From Podarcis tiliguerta (lineage: Eukaryota), in NCBI GenBank assembly GCA_965153285.1, contig OZ229121.1: DNA of 64,000 bases. One strand, 5' to 3'. A program made the position numbers and the translations under genes. A model generated the notes under the pieces. It had not been told where the DNA came from. It did not search any database and worked only from the letters and a program-made list of their open reading frames with translations. Positions 24,619 to 36,324 of the stretch are shown here, piece after piece (within the stretch, counting starts at the first letter, position 1; the number at the start of each line of letters is the position of its first letter).

Positions 24619-25629
24619 ATATATATTACTGTATTCATATGCGGCTTTTGGAGTAGCTGCCTAAAGAAAGCCAGGAAACTTTTAAAAGCAGTGACACCAA
24701 GCATTTTAGAATTGGGACATTTCAAGCGACAAAGCTTTTCAAACACCTGCAGTGCTATGGCAGCAGAACTTGCATCTGCTGAAATTCCCTCTTCTACATA
24801 ATTCTTAATGTGAACCTACATTTCCAGAGGTTGGGCGTTCCTGTCCTAAAGGATGGCTTATGGATACACAATTTTGTGAAACCAATAGATCATTAGCCTG
24901 GTGCATGTTCCAAGAAAGGTTGAATAAAGACTGTAAGCTGGTGCAGCTGAAGCTAAGCCACATTTACTTCCTGCAAATAGAGCTATAAGATTATGGCCTT
25001 GAGTGGAGACAGTATGACAACAGCCAAATAAAGACTGACTGTGTATATCTGCTTTCAGGCTTTTCCGTCTCTCAGATAATAACATGGAAAAGGCCTGAGA
25101 ACAGTCATCAGTCATTTCTTTAGTCAACAGTGACTGTCCTTGAATTTGGTAAGGGAAGAAGAAAGGAGTAGATTTGCAATGTCACATAAAAAGAAAACAG
25201 GCCAAGTAGAGAATGAAAGGAAGTATAAAGAAAAAAAATATGATGGAGTTTCAAAGATCAATCAGAGGACAGAAGAGCATTTATTGATAGGCAGGCATTT
25301 GAAGTGGAAATGGCAGAAATAAGAGGAGATTTAAGGGCGTTTTATCAAACTACTAAATGATTGGCAGGAGATTTAGCTACAGAAGAGTTCATACAATAAA
25401 TAGGAAGAAACTTTACCCGCACTAAAAGGAGCAAAAGAAAAGATTTGAGCAGCATTTTTATGTTGTACCAAAACTAACACTTAACTTTGATAACATAAAA
25501 AAGTGAATGGATCTTGACATTTGCTGTTTGAAAACCACTGCTGACAGCTGAATATTAAGGAGGTAAAAGAACATCACACCACAACCGCTCAACAGAAGTG
25601 AGTGGTGAAATCAACTTAACTGCTTTTCC

Positions 25630-26160
25630 ATGTGCACTGGCTCCCAGTGGAGTACAGGGTCAGATTTAAGGTGCTGGTTTTGACCTTTAAAGCCCTTCAC
25701 GGCCCAGGACCTCGTACCTATGGGACTGCCTCTCCTGGTATGTCCCACGGAGAGCCTCAAGGTCCATAAAGAGCAACACCCCAGTGGTCCCAGGCCCTAA
25801 GGAAGTTAGATTAGTTCCAACCAGAGCCAGGGCCTGGTGGAACGCTCTGCCTCATGAGACCAGGGCCCTGCAGGATCCGATTTCTTTCCACAGGGCCTGT
25901 AAGACAGAGTTGTTCCGCCTGGCCTTTGGCTTGGAGCCAATTTGATTCCCTCCCCCTCTTTCTTTTTCCTTTTTTCTTTTTCCTCCTGTGATGAGGCTGC
26001 ATTTTAATATTTTAATGTTTCAATATTTTAATGTTGTATTTTAATCTTGTTTTTAAGTTGTATTCATTCAACTTGTTTTTATTATTGCTTGTTAGCCACC
26101 CGGAGCCCAGCCTTGGCCGGGGAGGGCGGGATATAAATAAAAATTATTATTATTATTATT
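25630..26160 (+). mobile_element. L2-like LINE 3' fragment
   Basis: Degenerate HWLPVEYRVRFKVLVLTFKALHG motif of L2 ORF2; ends in aataaa followed by (TTA)n. Confidence 0.8.
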
Positions 26161-27867
26161 AAAACCATTACAGTTTTTTCATCAGATTGAATGGGAAAGT
26201 GGTTACAATCAAAACTTCCCAACCGTGATGCAACTAACCACATAAATTGACTTGGGACTACAAAAATAATCTTGAAATATATTCTTCAAAACCCTCTCCA
26301 GCCACAGATGTGGACTTACAGCAGGTGATGTGGAAACATATCCAACTGTTCTAACATGTACAACAATGTGCAAATGAGGAAACAAACTGTATACACAGCT
26401 TCTGACCCAGAAGCTAACAAATAAGCCTTTGACTAGTAAAAACGAAATCCGTAAACGCTAGCATGCGTATGGAAAATTCATCTGTTGGTAGACAGCTAAT
26501 TTGATCAAAACAGTAAAGGTATGTTGACAGTTTAATTCATGCTGTATTTTATAGACGTTTAGACTGCTTTTTAGGCAAGACTGTTTCTCAAAATGGTTTA
26601 CAACCATATACAAATACAGTACATGTCCATAAAACCCATCAGCAACATTCTTTTAAACAGTTTAATGTATCCAATTCCATCCCAAAAGCATTTAGACTAG
26701 CATACCGAAACAAAAAGTCACACACCTCACTCTGAAGAACAGCATCCAATATCTTAGGTTAAAAGGCTTTTATATAGTTATACTACTATTGTTTTTTAAC
26801 ACATTATATTCTACAGTAAATGATAATATGTTATTAGACTCTTGTATTTTGAAGGGAGGGGTTGAGTTGTGGGTTTTTGCTGTGTTGACATTGCAAATAC
26901 TTAAACACTGTAACCAACTATGTATTATTATGAAGCAGTTATATAACTCTTTTTTTTGTATTTTGTGGATTTTATTTTAAGTAGCTAAATCATGCTAACA
27001 TGATACCATGCAGTAAACCACCCTGTGGCCTTTGGCAAAGGGTGGTATATAAATTTCTTACATAAAATGAAATAAACCTGCGTCTTTAAGCTAATTTAAA
27101 GTCAACAACAGATGAGGATTGCCTAATCTCTGTTGGAATAAAGTTAAGTAATTGGAACATCTATCTGCTGTTGGCCTAGATGAGCAAAGCATGTTCTGAA
27201 TTCCAAAAGTTAAATCTTGTGCATTAAAGGTAGTGAATGAACTGTAATTCTCCAGTTTTAGAATTTATCTAGACAAACCGCAAGCTAAGGCTGGTTGCTC
27301 TCCTCCACTTCAACTTCATTCTCTTTGCCACAGTATGAGCTTGAAATAAATGTTTGTCTGGGGTTACAAGAGTACCACATTACTGTGACTCTCTGTCTGT
27401 TACTATTTCATTATTACTATTATTTTTAAAATCCAGTTTAGGACCAGATTTAAGGCTCTCTCATGTTGGCTCCACAAAGCAAGGCAACTGGAAGCAAAGG
27501 CTTATATACCACATAATGGATGCACACCATAATGATGTAATGCAACATCACAAATTGTACTTACTTACAACTTACCCTCCATGCTCCCATACTTTTCCTT
27601 GGTCTTTTAGGCCAAATCTAGATGGTGAAGATGAAGTTCTAGGGTCAGCAAAAATGCCCCACGTCTTAGTCCTGTATTGCCTTATGAAGCATCAGAGCCT
27701 TACCGCAATGCTAGAGCAATCTTTTTACAGGGAATCATCTCAGGTTTCCGAATACGTCTCAGATTTCTAAAGGTTGACAAACACTTGCCAAACCATTGCA
27801 CCCCATCATATTTCATAACTAAATAAATAGGCATTGCACACAGCATCCAGTATGTAGCTTCTGTATA

Positions 27868-28125
27868 CAGTGGTACCTCGGGTTAAGTACTTAATTCGTT
27901 CCGGAGGTCTGTTCTTAACCTGAAACTGTTCTTAACCTGAAGCACCACTTTAGCTAATGGGGCCTCCTGCTGCTGCCGCGCCGTCGGAGCACGATTTCTG
28001 TTCTCATCCTGAAGCAAAGTTCTTAACCCGAGGTACTATTTCTGGGTTAGCGGAGTCTGTAACCTGAAGCATATGTAACCTGAAGCGTATGTAACCCGAA
28101 GCGTATGTAACCCGAGGTACCACTG
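27868..28125. mobile_element. Tigger/pogo-like MITE
   Basis: TA|cagtggtacctcgggtta...taacccgaggtaccactg|TA: perfect TIRs; internal 17-bp tandem repeats. Confidence 0.92.
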
Positions 28126-29019
28126 TATACTGTTGTAATCCTGGCAAAAATTCTGCTTCAAAAATCAATCTGTGCATATCCTATCTTCCTTTTTTTGCCC
28201 ACAGTTGCTGCTACAGCCCTCAATGATGGGGCATGAAAATCTTAATAACCTTTTTAACGCTGCTCACTCAGAACCTTATCAAACAGTGAAAGATTGCCTT
28301 CCTCAGCACTGAATAAAGCGCATCTGTAGTTTTCGTGAAAGTTGCTGCACCTGTGGCAATTTTCTTTAGATCAATTTAGAATTTGGTACATTTACAGACC
28401 CCATCAGGTCCGGCAGGCTTCACATTATTAGCTCAATATATGCCGTTTACATAGATTTTTTTAAGGCTTCTAATAGCAGAACCTTTTCCATGCAGAAGTG
28501 TATGGAATTTTCAAAATAAATCCACAGACACTAACCAGAACTGTGATTCTTGCAAGTTTGAATCTGTGTATTATTTAACAAATGGGTGAAGTCATTTCTG
28601 ACAGTACCAACCATCCTTTGGAGAAATGGAGAAACCAAATTCATTTCTCCAGCTACTCCAAAGAGAGGACCAGTGGAATTTTGGCCTAATAATTCATCAG
28701 CTGTCGGGGTACAAATGCCTAGAATAAAGCAAGCAATAAATAAATAAAAACCAGTTCTTTCAAAAATTACCTTGCTGACCATTCAAGTGGTAGGTGTAAG
28801 CTGCCGTACATTGGAATCTATAAGTCAGAGGTAATGGGTGTTCTGTATAATCCTAAATAATTTGTTGACAAATCTAAATTTTCAATCCCAACATTCTGCT
28901 TCTATGAGGTGTTTTTTTGTTTTTTAGTTATGAGGGAAGTTCATATCTAGCAGATATGTATTATGTGGTTTTAAAGTTATGATCAATAAGAAAACAAATA
29001 CAGTTTTAAAAACTCCTAC

Positions 29020-29179
29020 CTTAAATGAGCTAGGATAAATGCTAATATATTTTATAGCAGCCCAGCTCCTAGAATGGGGTTTTCCCAGGAATTCTACATG
29101 ATGACTTTCAACATCTCCATCCGAGTCGTATGTTACATACTGTCCATTCGTAGGATCAGGACAAAGAATGGCAGGCCAT
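29020..29179 (-). CDS. ZCWPW2: ZCWPW2 coding exon 2 (PWWP domain core)
   Basis: ttttaag|...|gtagga; 160 nt, phase 2->0; (R)WPAILCPDPTNGQYVTYDSDGDVESHHVEFLGKPHSRSWAAIKYISIYPSSFK. Confidence 0.96.
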
Positions 29180-30159
29180 CTTAAAATAAAATGTTTTTAA
29201 AAAATCAGTTCGGGGAAAGAAAAAGCATATAATACACATGCTCCCAAATTAATTTTAGTCAGAAACATCAATAACTGGCAACGTTACACACCCACCCACC
29301 CCCACACCAACCCATCAGCACAGGGATCTTTAATAACTTGTCTTTCAAAATAAAGGCACACTGCAGAGCAATCCTATGTACTTGATGGGGATGAGGATCT
29401 GCAGTACAGCATTCACAAATCCACAGCCTGCTAGTTTGGCATGGCTAGGCAGGAGCTGTGTGTACATGGATGTTTTCATCCTGTTGTAAAAAAATAAAAT
29501 GAAATCCTAAAATAACCATGCCAGCTTCTCGACTTTCATAGTTAAAGGCTCACTTTGGGGGCATGTTGAGAGAATGAGGAATACTTTAGTCGTCTAGGTC
29601 CAAGCCCATGCCTGACAAGCTGTTGGAATACCTCATTTTGGAGCCCACCACCAGTGGGAACACCACTGGTACATTTACACCCATGGAACTTTCCACAGGT
29701 ACATTGGGGAAGAACCTCCAGGGCTGACCTGCTGGCACAACACCCTTTCTGCTGGTGGAGCAGCATTTCTGCCACATCCTATGACTCTTTAGCCAGCCTT
29801 GTGGGGAATATAGGATTGCTCCCCTACTTCCTTTCCTTGTTCTTGTCACAAGTTTGGAGGTAACATTTGCTTGTGCTTATCATGAACAATCTTTTTTAAA
29901 AACAAACAAAACAAACAAACAAACAAACTTGTTTTCCACTTTCTCCTATTTTTTCCTGAAGCATACTGTTTTGGTATACTTTTTAACTAGGCCTCCTGAG
30001 ACAATATCAGAACAGAATAACTGGAGTAGAATGGAAAATTGTTTTGTGCACCATTCTTCAAGGCTAGAATTGTTTTTATGTCTTCTCAGACTACTGCATT
30101 CAAAATATATAGCGGATCTGTGTTACCTGCAATTAAATGTTAACTTTTTAAAACCTTAC

Positions 30160-30446
30160 CTTGGCCACCGGTACATTTTCACCAAAACTAAGCTTCCTAG
30201 AGGAAGCTTTGAATACACATATTTTAATCCATGTTTTTGAAACTGAGACTCCTCTGGAAAATGTTCTTCAGAAATAGAACAGTTGTTAAACCAAGGATCA
30301 GGATTCATATAACAATACCATGGTTCATTAGGAGTAATATGTGTTGCATCATCATGTGATAAGAGTCTCCATTTTAAACAGCTGCTGTTCTCACACTGCA
30401 CCCATACTTTATCTAAATAAAAATTATGCTCTGTTATAGAATCCAT
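30160..30446 (-). CDS. ZCWPW2: ZCWPW2 coding exon 1 (zf-CW domain and start of PWWP); exon spans 30160-30500
   Basis: MDSITEHNFYLDKVWVQCENSSCLKWRLL...PWYCYMN...NNCSISEEHFPEES...LPLGSLVLVKMYRWP; acceptor tttcag at 30501, donor gtaagg at 30159; in-frame TGA upstream of ATG 30446. Confidence 0.96.
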
Positions 30447-31154
30447 ATAATATAGGATCTTCACTCTTATAGGTCACAGCTTGATGAATACTTGTGTCCT
30501 CTGAAATATAAAGAAAAGAACAGGATCAAATTAACACAAATCCAAAACCCCCAAAACAAATAGCTACTATTAAACTCCATTAATCGTAAAGCCCTAGCTA
30601 AGCTCTCAAAAGCAAGTGATAGTTGACTGCAGCTTGATGGAAACTGCAGAAAATTAGCACGTATTGACCTATTTCCAGGGTAAACTAGAACATCTACTAG
30701 TCAAAACATTTATGAAGAAAATTTATGAAAAGGGGTAAGGAAGGGGTAAACTTTAAGAGAACAAAGTAGATAGCAAAATTAAATGCCAACAACCCTTCAT
30801 CACTATACCATTCCTAGAAATGAAGACTGAATAATAAATGACTGCACCGACACCTTCCTTCCCTTAGCACAAGGATGAAAAGCCTGCAACCCTCCACAGG
30901 CTGTTGGTTGTTATAACAACCAGTTACTTACTGTTTCTGTGAAAAGTCATTTTGCATATAAGCTCTAACTCAGTTGTCTAGTATTTGCATTATATTGCCA
31001 TTTAACCCCAACCTTTACGTTTTCCCTTCCTTTACAATCATGTTTTATATGCATACGGTAAATTGGGAGCATGCTCCATGCATCTGATGAAGTGGGCTCT
31101 ACTCTATGACAGCTTATGCCATAATTTGTTTGCCTTTAAGGTGTCACTAGACTC

Positions 31155-31310
31155 CAGGCGAACCTTCTCCGACCTATGGCAGATGTTTTGGACTACAACT
31201 CCCATCGTCCCTGACCACTGGCCACACTGGCTGGGGCTCATGGGAGTTGAACTCCAGATATTGAACTCCAATATCTGGAGAGCCACTGTGGGTCCTCACT
31301 CTCGCCCTAG
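31155..31310. mobile_element. Degenerate copy of the ACTACA hAT MITE
   Basis: cagatgttttggactacaactcccatcgtccctgaccactgg...gggagttg...atctggag. Confidence 0.7.
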
Positions 31311-31454
31311 CAAACGGTGATCAGCAGTGATTGATCTTCATCACATACTGATGGCTGTGTGGCTAGAAACCATTACTCACTAAAAACCATGGCTATTGTA
31401 GGCTGAAAGGATTGTAGAAATAGGGCCATAATATGAGGTTCTACCCAGATTTCA

Positions 31455-31570
31455 GAGAAGTGTGACTGGCCCAAGGTCACCCAGCAGCTGCTTGTGGAGG
31501 AGCGGGGAATCGAACCCGGTTCACTAGATTATGAGTCCACTGCTCTTAACCACTATACCACACTGGCTCC
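31455..31570 (-). mobile_element. tRNA-derived (CORE/MIR-like) SINE head
   Basis: Minus strand gtggtatagtgg A-box, ggttcgattccc B-box, then gggtgaccttgggccagtcac core; related fragment about 32015-32180. Confidence 0.7.
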
Positions 31571-32192
31571 AACAACTACAAAGATTTTCCAGCCCATGAT
31601 TAAAACACACTAGTTTGCCTTTTTTTTTCTTCAGCAGAACAATCAGAAGACCAACATATTAATAAGGAATGGGGGGAAATTTATAATTTCCCTTAAAAAC
31701 CATTGTAAGCAGCTAAAATTGTTACTAGGATTGGAATAACACTTGTAGTGTGATGGTGAATTTTGGACATAACAGAGATGTAAAAGATTTGGATTATATT
31801 ATAAAATATTCAGGAGGAAATGATTTACAATAGGCCCCACAAAGGGGAGGAGGGAAGTCCAGGAGACACTTTGGAATCTTGTTTTTATGTTGGATATGTG
31901 ATAATAAAACTTCAATATGAAAAACCAAATAAATAAATATATATAAAACACTAGTTTGCCCAAGCATTTTCCCGGGCATTGACCCGTGGCTGCTATGGGT
32001 GTTGGTGTTCATTACATTTATACGCTGCCTTTTCTCCCAAGGAGCTCAAGGTTCTCCTCCTCCTCTCCTTTTCAATCCTCACAACAACCCTGAGAGGTAG
32101 GCTAGGCTGAGAAATGGTGACCGGCACAAGGTCACCCAACGAGCTTTATGGCTGAGGGGAGACTCGCACCATGGTCTCCCAAGCGCTTTGCC

Positions 32193-32222
<30 letters not shown>
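32193..32222. repeat. (TAT)n microsatellite
   Basis: About 10 units; source of the poly-Tyr run in the ORF track. Confidence 0.95.
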
Positions 32223-32223
<1 letters not shown>

Positions 32224-32409
32224 GATGTTGTCTTGCTGCAAATATTTTACGGCTTATGGAATCCTCTCGACTACAAAGCATTATAAAGAAGTGTTTTAAA
32301 AATAAAACAAAACCAAGCACCCAAGCCCTTTGTCTGGGAGCATCCTGGCACTACAGACCTATGCATGCCTACTCGCGAGTAAGCCCCACTCATTCCAGTG
32401 AGACGCACT

Positions 32410-33420
32410 CCAAGGTCAGGGTGGACGCGGCCGTGGCATTAGGAAACGAGAAACAGCCTCCCCTCACGACACAACCTCCCCAGAGACTAAGTCCTGTCAG
32501 AAACTCGGCACTACAAATCCCGCCATGCTCCGCGCGCCCCGCGCTGCACGCTGGGAACAGCGCCCTTCGCCGTCCGTTTAACCCTTGCGCAAAAGTTAAA
32601 GGGGGGAACGGAGCCCGCGGGACTACAAATCCCGGCGTGCCTCGCTTCTTTGCTCGAGCCGTCGCGAGGCTTTGGTTTTCAGCGCGGAGGTGGGGCGGCC
32701 GTTGTGAAGGGTCACGTGAGGCGGACGAGAGAGGGCGGAAGCCGGCGCTGCGTCGAGGGAGGCGGGGAAGAGAAAGGGAAAGGGAAAAGGGCTCATTCGG
32801 GCGCTTCCGCTATTGGCCGCTGCTGCCGCTGCTTCTTCTTCCGCGGCCGCTGCTGTTGCTGCTTCTACTCTCGGGCTGGGCGGAGAACGATGAGCGTCGA
32901 GAGGCGGCGGCGGCGGAGGAGGAAGAGCTTCGGGGGCTTGGGAGCGGGGGCCCCGTCGCGCTGCTGAGGGAGGAGCCCCGGGAAAGGCCCGCGATGAGTT
33001 CGCTGTCCGCAGGTAACCCTTCGCTGGCTGCAGGTAATACCCCTTTCCCCCCTCACGCCGCGCCTCCTGCGCCCGCTCGCCTCGGTCCCCCCCCGCTCAC
33101 CCCTAGTATACCTGGTGGGGGGTAAGGGGGGCACCCGCGTCCCTTTCCCCCGCAGTTCGCATCGCCCACCACCCGATCGTGGCCTGTTTCTCACGAGACG
33201 GGGCAGGACAAACCCGTGTCTGGATGCAGCTGCTGCAAACCGTAGGCAGGCGGGTGGGTGGGTCGGGGCAGAGGGGGTGGCTCATATAATTCACATTTAC
33301 TCTAAAGTCCCCCCATGTCGAATGGAAGGTAGCGCTCCATGGTGTGTTTCTCGGACGGCAGGTAGCCTAAGCGGCCCTCTGGACAAAACAAGCGAATGGA
33401 GGAAACTAGCACGTCGGTGA
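32410..33420. promoter_or_regulatory. CpG-island bidirectional promoter of ZCWPW2 (-) and AZI2 (+)
   Basis: Only large CpG-dense segment, between the 5' ends of the two genes; ACTACAAATCCC-x3-TGC-type motifs at 32510-32528 and 32622-32640, reverse TTCCCAGCGTGCA near 32545-32557, GTCACGTGA 32711-32719, ETS CGGAAG sites, ATTGG. Confidence 0.9.
32830..33012 (+). other. AZI2: AZI2 exon 1 (5' end uncertain); alternative donor ends at 33033
   Basis: CAG|GTAACC (GT at 33013) and CAG|GTAATA (GT at 33034) within the CpG island; next acceptor is at 36094. Confidence 0.65.
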
Positions 33421-33490
33421 AACTCTCGCCTAGCCCTTTCCCTCCCCTAATGTGCTCCCGATGTGTGTAGAGAGTTTAATGGGTTTAGAA

Positions 33491-33700
33491 CAGTGGTTCC
33501 CAACTTTTTTTTGGCCATGCCTCATCTAAGCATTTCTAAAATTCCGATTTGCCCCCCCCCCCGCGACATATAATGGTTATTATTCAAAAAGTGAACTATT
33601 CACGTGGAGGAAGCCACTGTTAATAACTCATTCTTGAATTGCCCCCCTTAAAAATCAAATTGCCCCCCTGCGGGGCGTGTGCCCCACTTTGGGAACCATA
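33491..33700. mobile_element. hAT (Charlie-like) MITE
   Basis: cagtggttcccaact...actttgggaacca inverted termini. Confidence 0.7.
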
Positions 33701-35161
33701 GAAAAGGATCCAGCTGTTACAGACAAACGATTGATTCCAGCTTCTCTCCCCCCCCCCCATGCCAGCTGGAACGATCCCTGCTTACTGTAATTGCAGTATG
33801 CGGTTTTTATTGAATGGTTTTGCTGCACCCAAGTTTGTGGTGCAGCACCTTGGTATTGTTTTAATAATGTGCGTGTCTTAAATAAATGCTCAGCCGTGTG
33901 AAGTGTTGCAGCTCTTACAAACGTCCCATCTCCTATGTTGGCCTTAAGAATGTGGAGCCTTTCTAGGTCTTGTTCGTGGTGGGAAGCTGACATCTTGCAA
34001 ATGGTCCTGCAATGGCTGAAGAAATGTGCTTGTTTTTGCTACAGACTGGGAAGCTGGGACAAATTTTGTGATGATGCACACTTGACTGCCTGCTATGTGT
34101 GTGTGAATATAGATGTGTATATTGCCCTTCACCCAAAGATCCCTGGGCCATTCACATCATAAAAAGACATAAAAACTGGAGCAAAAACAAAACAATAACC
34201 CCCAACACAGAGCACGTTTTAAAGGACATGTTAATCAACTTAATAGAAGTGTTTCACTAAGTTATTCAATATGTTGAATTAAACTTTTAATGTGACCCAC
34301 AACACTTGCTTTGCTCGTCTTTAAATATTTACATAGGAAAAAACAATTCTGTAAAACAATGTTTCTTCCTGTATCTATAGCTCCATACCCCTCTCCTTGT
34401 CCTTTGTGGCACTTGGAATTGGAGATCAGTGGGGAAGAGCAGAAGTCTTTGCCCACAGTCCGTGCCCAAAGAACACTTTAATGTTGTCTCTCTTGCCTTA
34501 ATGGGTCAAAGCAACTGTCAAGGTTTCTTTCCAAAACTACTGACCTCTGCTTCTAGTCCCGACTGCTTTGTGTCTATCCTTAAATCAAGTGACTTGCTTT
34601 ACAGTTGCTTGTGAAGTTGCAGGAGACTCTGGGATGGTTTCTCAGCTGTGTGTTCATTTTTCTTCTCCAACCTCCCACCTAAGAAAGATAGGGAGTTTTA
34701 CTAGGTCAAGTTGGCACCCTTCCCCCTCCCTTGCTAAAAAAAGGGAAGAAAGCTGGAGCTAGCCCATGTACCATATACTGTTCAGAAAACTCAACATCTA
34801 TGTAAAATAGGAAAGGACTTGAGACTTTGACATAGGCGCAAGAAGCCGAAGGGATTTGGTGAGGATATATTTTTTCTCTAAGACTTGGCTCTTACTCCGG
34901 GAATGTTTCGTTAAAGAAGTTCTTATGTAAACAGTACTATCATTAGAAGATGCTTTTTTGTAGACTCTTGTTCCCAAGTTTTGTTTCTTCAGACCATGAT
35001 ATAACTTTAGAACTTTTGAAATGAGATATAATCCAGAGATCTCATCAACAACTGCCTGTAAAGTCTTCATAACATTAGATATTGTTACATGTGTTGTGCC
35101 GAATCCCATTTCTCAGACAAATATTGTCAAACAGTCCTTCTCTTCAACTTTAAATTCTGAG

Positions 35162-35307
35162 ATCATAGATCTGTAGAGTTGGAAGGGACCCTGAGGATAA
35201 TTGAATCCAGTCTCCTGCAGTGCAGAAATATACAACTGTCCCATACAGGGATCGAACCTGCAACCTTGGTGTTATCAGCACCACGCTCTAACCAACTGAG
35301 CTACCGT
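35162..35307 (-). mobile_element. tRNA-Ile-derived short SINE with CR1-type tail
   Basis: Minus strand ggtagctcagttggttagagcgtggtgctGATaacaccaaggttgcaggttcgatccc, then ...ttccaactctacagatctatgat CR1-like 3' end. Confidence 0.75.
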
Positions 35308-36099
35308 CCTTTCCACCATACAGCATTCTTGCATCTCTTGTCTAAGAGCACTGTAAACATCTGATTCGAACACTTTATTTACTAAGTCAGGTTGGAAACC
35401 GATGCTTTCTTGCTAAACTTCCTATTTTAGAGGTAACCTAACATTTCTCATTAGCTTATTTTATTTTTTGATGAAAGGAGGAGGTTGTGGTTTCTGTATG
35501 TGTTTAAATTATGCTCTGATCTCACCAAAAGGAAGTTGCACCAAAAGGAAATTCCCTGGACCCTCTTTCCCTTCTAAACTTCGGAATAGGCATTTCAACA
35601 CCATGAGTGGATTTCAAAATATGCATTCAAACTGAATCAAAGCTAGATGTAACTCACCAAGAGTGAAAAATAATCAACACTAAATCTGTAGGGAGAGGGG
35701 GAATCAACTAGCTGGTTTAGAATCAAATTTCAGTTGAAGTGTGTATTGATGTTGTATGGATTCTAAGCTGTACGGCTCACTTTCAGATGCCCAGCCCTGC
35801 TTGCCCACTGTATTATAGCATATTAATGGAAGCTTTGTGGAAGGAACCCTTCCAATATGTTCTAGATAAAAAAAACAAAATCAAATAGCTATTTTTATCA
35901 TCAATACTTTACCGTCATCTGAGAGCCATTTCAGAATTTTATAGTGGGAAATCTACTGTAAGCTTGAGGGGATATTTTCTGGTAAAGGCTAAACTATAAC
36001 AAGTGCTCTACAGCGTTTCTTCCAATCTGAAAGATATTAAATGCTTGTGATATATACTTAGGATCTTTCCTAACAACATGCCTTTTTTATTCAGCTGCC

Positions 36100-36324
36100 A
36101 TGGATGAACTAGCCGAAGATGACATTTATATATTGAACCATGAAAAAGCAGACACTCATCCTAAGCAAGATGGAGAAATTCCTACCCCCGTGTATTCAGG
36201 CGAAGAGTCTGTTGCTTCACATTTTGCACTTGTCACTGCTTATGAAGATATCAAAAAACGACTGAAAGAGACAGAAAGGGAGAACTCCCTCTTAAAGAAA
36301 AGAGTAAGAGTGTTAGAAGAAAAG
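36100..36324 (+). CDS. AZI2: AZI2 (NAP1) coding exon 1; exon starts at 36095
   Basis: gccATGg Kozak; MDELAEDDIYILNHEK...SVASHFALVTAYEDIKKRLK...VLEEK; donor AAG|gtaagt. Confidence 0.97.

Noticed and set aside
29536-29850. Possible additional solo LTR (tgtgaca on the minus strand)
   Set aside because: No matching second terminus or TSD found.
32148-33125. 325-aa ORF across the CpG island
   Set aside because: It starts in a SINE fragment, runs through (TAT)n and GC-rich promoter DNA, and has no recognisable domain. Only its 3' end is of interest, because it is in frame with AZI2 after splicing.
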